From Gaiellaceae bacterium (GTDB taxonomy: Bacteria; Actinomycetota; Thermoleophilia; Gaiellales; Gaiellaceae), in contig DASTQA010000051.1 of assembly GCA_035762005.1 (NCBI GenBank), positions 633 to 64,632 on the forward strand: DNA of 64,000 bases, written 5' to 3'. Shown one piece after another: positions 52,804 through 60,657 of this stretch (its first letter is position 1; each line of letters begins with the position of its first letter). The position numbers and the translations under genes are program-made. Under the pieces are notes generated by a model that worked only from the letters and a program-made list of their open reading frames with translations, made no database searches and was not told the origin of the DNA.

Positions 52804-54609
52804 CTAGGCGGCCTCGTCCACAGTGAAGCTGAACATCATCCCGCTCTCGTGGTGCTCGGCGATGTGGCAGTGGGCCATCCAGCGGCCGGGGTTCGTGACG
52901 TCGAGGAGGATGTCGACCGTCTCGCCCGTGCGCACGAGGACCGTGTCCTTCCAGACGAGGTTCGGCTCGGGGACGCCGTCGCGGGCGAGGACGAGGAAGC
53001 GGCCCGCCCCGTGCACGTGGAACGGATGGGGCATGGGGTGGTCGGAGTCCAGCTCGTTCACGAGGCGGATCTTCACGCGCTCCCCCACCCGGAGCCGCCA
53101 GTCGATGGCGGCATTCTCCGCGCCCGTCGCCCGGTCGATGAGCTTCCAGCGCATGTTCTCCGCCGTCGTCATGCGGTTCACCTCGACCATGTCGTCCTCC
53201 CACTCGAGCCCTCCCGCCGGCCCGGGCTCGTGGGCCTCGTGCCCGTGCTCGTGGGCCTCGTGCCCGTGCTCGTGGTGGCCGTGGCCGTGCTCCCCGTCGT
53301 GGCCGTGCTCCCCGTGCTCGTGGCCGCCTGCCGCGCCACCGACCACTGCCGCCGGCAGGAGCTTCATGCCGCACCTCGGGCAGCGCCCCGGCTCCTCGCT
53401 GACGACTTCGGGGTGCATGGGGCAGGCGTAGCCCACCGGCGTGGGCGCCGCGCTGGCCAGGAGCTTCATGCCGCACTTCGGGCAGCGCCCGGGCTCCTCG
53501 CTCACGACCTCCGGGTGCATGGGGCAGGCATAGACCACGGGGCCGCCTCCCTCCGGCGCGCCGAGGTCCATCTCGGCGACGAAGGCGAGCGTCTTGTCGG
53601 GGGCCGCGTTGAGGTACGGCTCGAGCCGCCGGCGCTCGGCCGCCAGGTCGTCGTTCGTCCGCAGCGCCTCGAACCGCTCGGCGACCGCCGGCTCCGCCCG
53701 TTCCTCGCCCACGGCGATCGTCGCGAGCCGGTACGAGCGGTCCGGCGTCCGGTGCTCCATCCTCACCTCGCCCGGCTCGGCGAAGAGCGCGTCGACGACG
53801 ACCCGCTCCGACGGCGCCAGCAGGACCTCCTCGACGAACGCCTCGTGCTCGTAGTGGCCGCTGTCGCCGCCCACGAGCTTCATGCGGACGCCGGGGAGGG
53901 TCACGTTGAAGACCCGGGTGTTGGCCGTGTTCGTGAGGTAGAAGCGCACGACCTCGCCTGCGCGGGCCGCGAGCGTGAGATCCGTCTCCCCGGCGACGAG
54001 CATGACGTTGCCGAAGCGGCCCATCGCTGCGTAGGTCGTCTCGGAGCGGCTGAAGGGCGCGATGCGGCCGTCCTCGAGGAGGACGTCGTCGAGCGTGAGC
54101 AGGACCTCGCGGTGGGCCGGCGGCCAGTACCCGGAGTCGGCCGGGACGACGAGGATGTTGCCATAGAGGCCGAGCTCCTGGCCGTAGTCCTCGCGGATGT
54201 GCGGGTGGTACCAGTAGGCGCCGGGGTCGGGCACGTGCACCTGGTACGAGAAGGTCTCGCCCACGGGGATGGGCGCCTGCGTGTCGTGCGTCCCGTCGTA
54301 GCGGTTCTCGAGGCGCAGCCCGTGCCAGTGGACCGTCGCCTCGAGGTCGCCGCGGTTCGTGACTTCGACCGTCACGGTCGCGCCCTCGGGGACCCGCAGC
54401 GTCGGGCCGGGGATCGAGCCGTTGTAGGCGAGCATCCGGACGGTCGCGTCGCCCAGCCGCTTGGCGACGGGGGCGATCTCGAGGCCGTAGGAATCGCCGT
54501 CCGCGAGCTCGACGACCTCCGCCGGAGCCGCCTCCGGCAAGCCCTCGATCTCCGTCGGCATCCGGTCGGCCGGCTCCGCGTGCGCGTCGTGCGCGTGGTG
54601 GTCATGCAT
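52804..54609 (-). CDS. three-domain multicopper oxidase with two inserted heavy-metal-binding modules and His-rich tracts
   Basis: Start MHDHHAHDAH. Copper-site motifs HWHG, WYHPH, HPFHVHG, HCHIAEHHESGM. Between domains 2 and 3 lie 2 copies of YACPMHPEVVSEEPGRCP(K/R)CGMKLL plus GGHEHGEHGHDGEHGHGHHEHGHEAHEHGHEAHE. Confidence 0.85.
   Translation of the reverse strand: MHDHHAHDAHAEPADRMPTEIEGLPEAAPAEVVELADGDSYGLEIAPVAKRLGDATVRMLAYNGSIPGPTLRVPEGATVTVEVTNRGDLEATVHWHGLRLENRYDGTHDTQAPIPVGETFSYQVHVPDPGAYWYHPHIREDYGQELGLYGNILVVPADSGYWPPAHREVLLTLDDVLLEDGRIAPFSRSETTYAAMGRFGNVMLVAGETDLTLAARAGEVVRFYLTNTANTRVFNVTLPGVRMKLVGGDSGHYEHEAFVEEVLLAPSERVVVDALFAEPGEVRMEHRTPDRSYRLATIAVGEERAEPAVAERFEALRTNDDLAAERRRLEPYLNAAPDKTLAFVAEMDLGAPEGGGPVVYACPMHPEVVSEEPGRCPKCGMKLLASAAPTPVGYACPMHPEVVSEEPGRCPRCGMKLLPAAVVGGAAGGHEHGEHGHDGEHGHGHHEHGHEAHEHGHEAHEPGPAGGLEWEDDMVEVNRMTTAENMRWKLIDRATGAENAAIDWRLRVGERVKIRLVNELDSDHPMPHPFHVHGAGRFLVLARDGVPEPNLVWKDTVLVRTGETVDILLDVTNPGRWMAHCHIAEHHESGMMFSFTVDEAA
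53356..53532 (-). repeat. 102-bp tandem duplication within the MCO gene (encodes the two metal-binding modules)
   Basis: Units 53356-53430 and 53458-53532 are near-identical at the DNA level, with a handful of substitutions. Confidence 0.8.
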
Positions 54610-55753
54610 CTCGAGCTCCTTCCCGGGGGGTCGCGGACGCCGGCTCGGCCCGGTCGGCGCGCTGCCGGGAGCGCGCGTCGATCTCCGCGGCAATGTACTC
54701 GGCGTCGTCCTTCACCCAGCCGAGGAGGGCCGAGCCGCGCGTGTGCTGCCACTCGAGGCCGAGGACGTAGAGGCCGGGCACCTCCGTGACCCCGCGCCGC
54801 TGGCGGACGCGGCCGTCGGCGCCCGCGACGGAGGGCTCGATCCACGAGTGGTCGGTGCGGTACCCGGTCGCCCAGACGACGCCGTCGACGTCCAGCTCGG
54901 TCCCGTCGGCGAACGTCACCGTACGGCCGGAGACGGCCGTCACGCGGGGCCGCAGCTCGACCCCGGTGCGGCGGATGCCGCGGGGGCTCGAGCCGATGAG
55001 CGGCGAGCCGCGCGCCTCGAGGCGCCGCCCGAGGCGGGTGTCGATCCCCTTCCGCAGCACGCCCAGCTTCGTGAGCCACCAGAAGAGGTCCTTCCCGAGC
55101 ACCCGCTGCGGGAACGGCGTCTGCCGCGAGCCGATCGCGAGGTGGACGCGGCGCGAGGCGGCGAGCTCCTCGGCGATCTGGAAGCCGGTGTTGCCTCCGC
55201 CCACGACGAGGATCGTCCCCTCCGGGAGATCGTCGGGCCTGCGGTAGCCCGTGCTGTGCATCTGCACGACCTCCGCTGCGAGCCCGCCGGCGAACGGCGG
55301 CACGAACGGCGTCTGGAACGGGCCGGTGGCGACGACGACCTGGTCGGAGGTGACGGCGCGGCCGTCGACCTCGAGACGGAAGCCGTCGTCCGCCGCCGCG
55401 AGGTCGTGCACGGGGCTCTCGAGCTCGACCGGCAGCTCGAACGTCTCCGCGTAGCGCTCGAGGTAGGCGATCACCTCGTCGCGCCCAGGGTAGCCCTCCG
55501 GGTCGCCGGGGAAGGGCAGCCCGGGGAGGCTGTCGTAGCGGCGGGGCGTGAAGAGCGTCAGGGAGTCCCACCGCTCGCGCCAGGCGGCGCCGAGGGAGCT
55601 CGCGAGCTCGAGGATCACGAATCGCCGCCCCTGGCCCGCGAGGAAGTACCCCATCGCCAGCCCCGCCTGGCCGGCCCCGACGACGACGACGTCGTAGCTC
55701 GACTCGGGCGGCGACGTGGACTTGGGGTTCGTGGGCTCGTCCCTCGCGAACAT
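54602..55753 (-). CDS. FAD/NAD(P)-binding flavoprotein (CzcO-like / flavin monooxygenase-like)
   Basis: DVVVVGAGQAGLA and LVVGGGNTGFQIA dinucleotide motifs, plus ATGY. Its stop overlaps the MCO start by 8 nt. Confidence 0.75.
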   Translation of the reverse strand: MFARDEPTNPKSTSPPESSYDVVVVGAGQAGLAMGYFLAGQGRRFVILELASSLGAAWRERWDSLTLFTPRRYDSLPGLPFPGDPEGYPGRDEVIAYLERYAETFELPVELESPVHDLAAADDGFRLEVDGRAVTSDQVVVATGPFQTPFVPPFAGGLAAEVVQMHSTGYRRPDDLPEGTILVVGGGNTGFQIAEELAASRRVHLAIGSRQTPFPQRVLGKDLFWWLTKLGVLRKGIDTRLGRRLEARGSPLIGSSPRGIRRTGVELRPRVTAVSGRTVTFADGTELDVDGVVWATGYRTDHSWIEPSVAGADGRVRQRRGVTEVPGLYVLGLEWQHTRGSALLGWVKDDAEYIAAEIDARSRQRADRAEPASATPREGARDA

Positions 55754-55905
55754 CCGGCTCGACTGGCGCGGCCCGGCAGCTCCGGGCCGGGATCGACAGG
55801 TCGAGCCTAGCCCGATCGCGCCGCGGGCAAACACGGGCGGCGGCGGCTTCCCGTTTGCGCCCGCGCGCGCCGGGACATGCGAAGGGAAAGACGAAGGGAG
55901 CCCTG

Positions 55906-56277
55906 ATGACCCACCACACTGCGGAGCACCAAACGGTGCTCCAGAACGTCGGCGAGGAGATGCGCCGCTGCATCGAGGAGTGCACGACCTGCCACGAGGT
56001 CTGCCTCGCGACCGTCGCGCACTGCCTGGAGGCGGGCGGCGAGCACGCCGAGGCCGCGCACGTCCGGCTGCTCCTCGACTGCGCCCAGATCTGCGCGACG
56101 AGCGCGGACTTCATGCTCCGCGGCTCCGAGCTCCACGGCGAGACCTGCGGCGCCTGCGCCGTCGTCTGCGAGCGCTGTGCAGAGTCCTGCGAGCGCTTCG
56201 CCGACGACGAGGTCATGTCGGCCTGCGCGGACGTGTGCCGCCGCTGCGCCGAGTCGTGCCGGCGCATGGCCGCCTAG
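55906..56277 (+). CDS. Cys-rich four-helix-bundle copper-binding protein (DUF326-like)
   Basis: ATG at 55906 with SD GAAGGGAG. 123 aa with repeated CxxxC/CxxC spacing (CIEECTTCHEVC...CAQIC...CGACAVVCERCAESC...CADVCRRCAESC). Confidence 0.75.
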   Translation: MTHHTAEHQTVLQNVGEEMRRCIEECTTCHEVCLATVAHCLEAGGEHAEAAHVRLLLDCAQICATSADFMLRGSELHGETCGACAVVCERCAESCERFADDEVMSACADVCRRCAESCRRMAA

Positions 56278-56344
56278 CCGGGCGCCGACAAGCGGCGGGG
56301 GGCGGGGCGCAGCCGCTCCGCCTCCCGCTTCGGCCGTCGCCGGC

Positions 56345-57130
56345 TCACGGTCGCGCCTTATACGCCCGCACCGTCGTCCCGTGGGCCCCGTACTTGATCG
56401 CCTTCTCGCGCGTGTCCGGGAACGCCGAGCGCGCGTAGGTGGCGACGAGGTTGCCGGACTCGATTCGATCGAATCCGTGTCTCGCGAGCAGCTCTGCGTA
56501 CTCCGCCTCCAGCAGAGCGCCGGCGATTCAGCCGGTCCACAGGTCGATCTTCCGCCGGCCTTCCTCGCTCACCGGGCGCTGGATCGTCACGTCGGCGACC
56601 TGGATCCGGCCCCCGGGCAGGAGGACCCGCTGGAGCTCGGAGAAGACCGCGTCCTTGTCCGGGACGAGGTCGATGACGCCGTTCGAGATCACGACCTCGA
56701 AGCTCTCGTCCGGGAAGGGCAGCCGTTCCGCCTCGCCCTCGACGAACTCGACGTGTCCGACGCCGAGCGAGGCGGCCGCCGCGCGCGCCTTGGCGAGCAT
56801 CTCGGGCGTCATGTCGATGCCGGTGACCCGGCCGGAGGCGCCGACCATCTGCGCGGCGACGAGCGAGTCGGTCCCGGAGCCGCTTCCGAGGTCGAGGACC
56901 CGCTCGCCGGGCTGCAGGCGCCCGAGCGAGAACGGGTTGGCGACGCCCGCGAAGGACTCGACCGCCCCGTCGGGGACCGAGGCGAGCTCCGGCGGGTAGT
57001 CGAGGTCCTCGGCCCAGGCGCGCCCGGTCGGGAAGATGAAGTCCTTCTCCGGCTCGGCGGAGACGGTCGCGTACGTCTTCCTGATCTCGCGCTTCAGGAG
57101 CCCGACGTCGAGCTCGAGCCCGCTCGTCAT
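56345..57130 (-). CDS. ArsM-like SAM-dependent methyltransferase interrupted by one in-frame TGA (56528-56530): candidate selenoprotein or nonsense pseudogene
   Basis: Track ORF 56528..57130 ends DLWTG-TGA. The same frame continues IAGALLEAEYAELLARHGF... for 60 more codons to TGA at 56345. It aligns colinearly with the in-window ArsM (GDFVGCIAGALSRGEYEAGLEAAGF). SAM motif VLDLGSGSG. Confidence 0.6.
56491..56518 (-). other. SECIS-like hairpin 9 nt downstream of the in-frame UGA
   Basis: Minus-strand RNA UGA-AUCGCCGGC-GCUCUGC-UGGAGGCGGAGUAC-GCAGAGC. Perfect 7-bp stem and 14-nt G-rich loop. The loop starts 16 nt after the UGA. Confidence 0.4.
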
Positions 57131-58884
57131 GCGCCCCGGCCCACGGGGGTGTGCCGTCCGGGGGGAGGCTCGGGCGGCGAGGGCGGCTGCCGCCGGTCCG
57201 CGGCGCGGCCCGGCGACCGTCGCTCGGGCGGGCCCATCCCCGGTCGTCCGGGGGGCTCGGGGAGCTCACGCGCGCCCTCCACCGGGAGGCCGGCCGCCTT
57301 CCAGGCGGCGAACCCGCCCGCCAGGTCGGTCGCGCGACTGCACCCGAGCTCGCGGAGGGCCGCGGCCGCCAGGCTCGAGGAGTAGCCCTCGGCGCAGAAG
57401 ACGACGAGCCGTGCGTCCAGGCCGCCCAGGTGCGGGTTCGCGTAGCCCGAGTCAGGGTCGACGCGCCACTCGAGGACCGAGCGGGGAACGTGGACCGAGC
57501 CCGGCACGACGCCTTCCCGGCGCCGCTCGTCGTGCGAGCGGAGGTCGACGAGGACGGCGCCGTCGGTCATGGCCTCGAAGGCCTCCCGCGGCTCGAGGCG
57601 GGGCGCGATGCGGCCGCGCGCGTCCGCGAGCAGGTCGGCGATGGTGCGGCGCGCGGGGCGGGGGTGGCGGGCCCAGCCCGTCGCGGCGACCCAGAGCCCG
57701 CTCGCGGCCGTGAGGCCGGCGACGACCGCGATGGCGGGGCCGGCTCCCAGCGAGTCCGCGACGACGCCGACGAGGAGCGCTCCCACGACGAACCCGAAGT
57801 CGCGCCAGAACCGGTAGACGCCGACGAGCTGGGCGCGCTCCACCGGCCGGGAGACGTCCGAGACGGCCGCGATGAGCGTCGGGTAGACGAGCGCCGTGCC
57901 GAGCCCGAGGAGCGCCGCCGCCGCGAGGGCCGGGCCGAACGCGCCGCCTCCCGCGACGAGGAGCGCGAGCGCGCCGCCCTGCACGAGCATGCCGGCGACG
58001 ATCGGCGGCTTACGCCCGATGTGGTCCGAGAGCCAGCCCGTGGCGAGCTGGCCCGCTCCCCAGACGGCCGGATAGACGCCGGCGACGGCGCCCACCTCGG
58101 CCACGCTCGCCCCGTTCGCCGCCAGGTAGAGGGGGACGAGGCCCCAGGCGAGGGCGTCGTTCAGGTTGTTGACGAGCCCCGCCTGCGAGCAGGCACGGAG
58201 GACCGGGTCGCGCAGGGTTCCGCGGACGAACGCGAGCGCGAGGCTGCCAGCGGGCGCCGTCCCGTGCGCACGCTGCTCCTCACCGACGTGAGCGCCGGTG
58301 TCGCGGACGAAGAGGAGCGAGACGACGAGGCCGATGAGGGCGACGGCCGCGCCTCCGGCCCAGACAAGCGTCCGCGGCGCGACCGTCGCGGCGAGCGCTC
58401 CCGTGGCGAGCGCCGTGGCGGCGACGCCGAGGTAGCCGGCCGACTCGTTGAGGCCGAGCGCGAGGCCGCGGCGGACGGGACCGACGAGGTCGATCTTCAT
58501 GACGACCGTCATCGACCAGGCGAGCCCCTGGTTCAGTCCGAGGAAGACGTTCGCGACGACGACGACCCACCAGCTCGGTGCAAGTCCGATGAGGAGTGGA
58601 ACCGGCAGCGCGAAGGCCCAGCCGAGGACGAGCAGCCGCTTCCTGCCGACGCGCTCCGCGAGCCCGCCCGCCGCGAGGTTCGCGAGCGCCTTCGCGATGC
58701 CGAACGCGACGACGAACGAGAGGATGGCGCTCTTCGACGCGAGCCCGAACTCCTCTTCCCCGACGAGGGGCAGGACGCTCCGCTCGAGGCCGACCATCGC
58801 GCCGACGAAGGCGTTGAGGGCGACGAGGAGCGCGAACTGGCGGGCGTTCGCCCGCAGCCCGAGGCGCACGGCGGCCACGGTCAC
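57127..58884 (-). CDS. MFS transporter fused to a C-terminal rhodanese domain
   Basis: About 400 aa with 12 TM helices, then LVDLRSHDERR...VVFCAEGYSSS...GGFAAWKAAGLP (rhodanese active-site Cys loop). Its stop overlaps the methyltransferase start (ATGA). Confidence 0.8.
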   Translation of the reverse strand: MTVAAVRLGLRANARQFALLVALNAFVGAMVGLERSVLPLVGEEEFGLASKSAILSFVVAFGIAKALANLAAGGLAERVGRKRLLVLGWAFALPVPLLIGLAPSWWVVVVANVFLGLNQGLAWSMTVVMKIDLVGPVRRGLALGLNESAGYLGVAATALATGALAATVAPRTLVWAGGAAVALIGLVVSLLFVRDTGAHVGEEQRAHGTAPAGSLALAFVRGTLRDPVLRACSQAGLVNNLNDALAWGLVPLYLAANGASVAEVGAVAGVYPAVWGAGQLATGWLSDHIGRKPPIVAGMLVQGGALALLVAGGGAFGPALAAAALLGLGTALVYPTLIAAVSDVSRPVERAQLVGVYRFWRDFGFVVGALLVGVVADSLGAGPAIAVVAGLTAASGLWVAATGWARHPRPARRTIADLLADARGRIAPRLEPREAFEAMTDGAVLVDLRSHDERRREGVVPGSVHVPRSVLEWRVDPDSGYANPHLGGLDARLVVFCAEGYSSSLAAAALRELGCSRATDLAGGFAAWKAAGLPVEGARELPEPPGRPGMGPPERRSPGRAADRRQPPSPPEPPPGRHTPVGRGA

Positions 58885-59636
58885 GGCCGTGCCGGGGTGA
58901 GGCCGCCCCGGTTGGCGGCGACGATCGCCGCCTGGTCGGGAGGCGCCGGGGGGACGCCGACGAGGAGCGCGCGCGCGAAGCTCTCCTCGTCCTCGTGGCC
59001 GAGCGCCGGGTTGTGGCGGCGCTCGAAGCCGATCGAGGAGAACGGGTTCGCCGACAGCCCCCGGCCGCAGACGGAGCCGCCGAAGTGGCTCGGGTAGACG
59101 AGGACGTGATCCGGGAGCTCGAGCAGCCGGCCGAGGGAGCGAGAGAGGCGGCGGGCGAGCGGCGCGGCGTCGCCGTCTGCATGGAGGTCGGGACGGCCGA
59201 CGTCTCCGACGAGCAGCGAGTCGCCGGTGAAAACGAGCCAGGGCTCGTCCGTCCCGCGCCGGCGGTCGGAGACGACGTACGCATGGTGAGCGGGCGCGTG
59301 GCCGGGTGTGGCGAGCGCGCGCACGACGGTGTTGCCGAGCTCGACGACCTCGCCGTCGGCGAGGGGCTCGTGGGCGAACCGGACGCCGGCGTCCGCCGGG
59401 AGGTACGCGGTCGCTCCGGTCGCGTCGACGAGCCCGGGGAGCCCGGAGACGTGGTCTGCCTGGACGTGCGTCTCGAAGACGGCGACGATCCGACCGCCGG
59501 CCCGCTCGGCCGCCTCGAGGTAGCGCTCGACGAGCTCGGCGTGCGGGTCGACGACCGCGAGCGACGCCCGGGAGAGGCAGCCGAAGAGGAAGCTCGCGCA
59601 GGCAGTCTTCTCGTAGAGGAACGGGCGCAGGAGCAT
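58881..59636 (-). CDS. MBL-fold metallo-hydrolase (persulfide-dioxygenase-like)
   Basis: THVQADHVSG (HxHxDH motif), ATPGHAPAH, FTGDSLLVGDVGRPDL. Its stop overlaps the downstream MFS-rhodanese start. Confidence 0.8.
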   Translation of the reverse strand: MLLRPFLYEKTACASFLFGCLSRASLAVVDPHAELVERYLEAAERAGGRIVAVFETHVQADHVSGLPGLVDATGATAYLPADAGVRFAHEPLADGEVVELGNTVVRALATPGHAPAHHAYVVSDRRRGTDEPWLVFTGDSLLVGDVGRPDLHADGDAAPLARRLSRSLGRLLELPDHVLVYPSHFGGSVCGRGLSANPFSSIGFERRHNPALGHEDEESFARALLVGVPPAPPDQAAIVAANRGGLTPARP

Positions 59637-59693
59637 CCGGCTCTCCCGTGGAGGCTACGGTGTACGATCGTATCGTGCTAGACGAAGTTCCGA

Positions 59694-60656
59694 ATGGCTG
59701 CTATCGCCGTGGCCGATAGCTCACTCTCGCTCCTCTGGGACTGGAATCGCCTGCGGCTCCTCGTCGAGCTCGGCCGCCGGGGCAGCGTCTCCGCGGCCGC
59801 GCGGGCGGTCGGGATCGGCCAGCCGAGCGCGAGCGAGCACCTGCGGCTCCTCGAGGCCGCGGCCGGGCAGCGCCTCCTCGAGCGAAACGGCCGTGGAAGC
59901 CGCTTGACCGAGGCCGGCCGGATCCTCGCGGCGCACGCGAGCCAGGCGCTCGCGACGCTCGCCGCCGGCGAAGAGGAGCTGCATGCCCTCGCCGGGCTCG
60001 AGTCCGGGACGGTTCACATCGGCGCCTCGACGACGCCCGGCGTCTACCTGCTGCCGGACACGCTCGGCTGCTTCCGGCGCGACCACCCGAACGTCACGGT
60101 CGAGGTCGAGATCGCCTCCACCGGCGAGATCGTCGAGCGGCTGCTGGCCGGAGGGATCCAGCTCGCCCTCGTCGGCGAGACCGCCGCGGACGGGCGCCTC
60201 GAGCTCGAGCCGTTCCTCTCCGACGAGATCGTCGGGATCGCCAGGCCCGGCCTGCTGGAGCTCCGCGACGGGAGCGCGAGCCCAGAGGCGCTCGCGACGC
60301 AGACGCTCCTCGTGCGCGAGGCGCGCTCGAGCACGCGTCAGGTCGCGGAGCGCGCGCTGCGCGCGGCGGGCGTCGAGCCGCAGAGGCGCTGGGAGCTCGA
60401 CTCGAGCGAGGCGATCAAGCGGGCGGTCCGCGAGGGCCTGGGCGTCGCCTTCCTCTCCCGCTACGCCGTCGCCGAGGAGGTCGAGCGCGGCGAGCTCGAG
60501 ACCTTCCGCCTCGCCGGCGGGCCGAGCATCGAGCGCCGCCTCCTCGTCGCCCGTCGTGCCGGCCGTCCGCAGAGCCCGAGCGAGCGCGGGTTCGTGGCGA
60601 CGCTGACGCGCTGCTGTGCGAAGAGCGCCGACTACGCCGCCGCCTGCGTCGCGTGA
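59694..60656 (+). CDS. LysR family transcriptional regulator
   Basis: N-terminal wHTH (GSVSAAARAVGIGQPSASEHLRLLE) and a LysR substrate-binding domain. Divergent from the MBL operon. Confidence 0.85.
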   Translation: MAAIAVADSSLSLLWDWNRLRLLVELGRRGSVSAAARAVGIGQPSASEHLRLLEAAAGQRLLERNGRGSRLTEAGRILAAHASQALATLAAGEEELHALAGLESGTVHIGASTTPGVYLLPDTLGCFRRDHPNVTVEVEIASTGEIVERLLAGGIQLALVGETAADGRLELEPFLSDEIVGIARPGLLELRDGSASPEALATQTLLVREARSSTRQVAERALRAAGVEPQRRWELDSSEAIKRAVREGLGVAFLSRYAVAEEVERGELETFRLAGGPSIERRLLVARRAGRPQSPSERGFVATLTRCCAKSADYAAACVA

Positions 60657-60657
60657 C

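Noticed and set aside
53221-53532. Short tandem repeats that might suggest a CRISPR array or satellite.
   Set aside because: The repeats are in frame inside the multicopper oxidase gene (His-rich tract and duplicated metal-binding module). No repeat-spacer architecture or cas genes occur anywhere in the window.
59702-59719. Near-palindrome TATCGCC-GTG-GCCGATAG inside the annotated 5' end of the LysR ORF. It might mean a different LysR start or a sigma-28-type promoter for the divergent MBL operon.
   Set aside because: No alternative in-frame ATG or GTG follows the box, and the left arm has a mismatch. It is mentioned under the promoter finding but not called as a feature.
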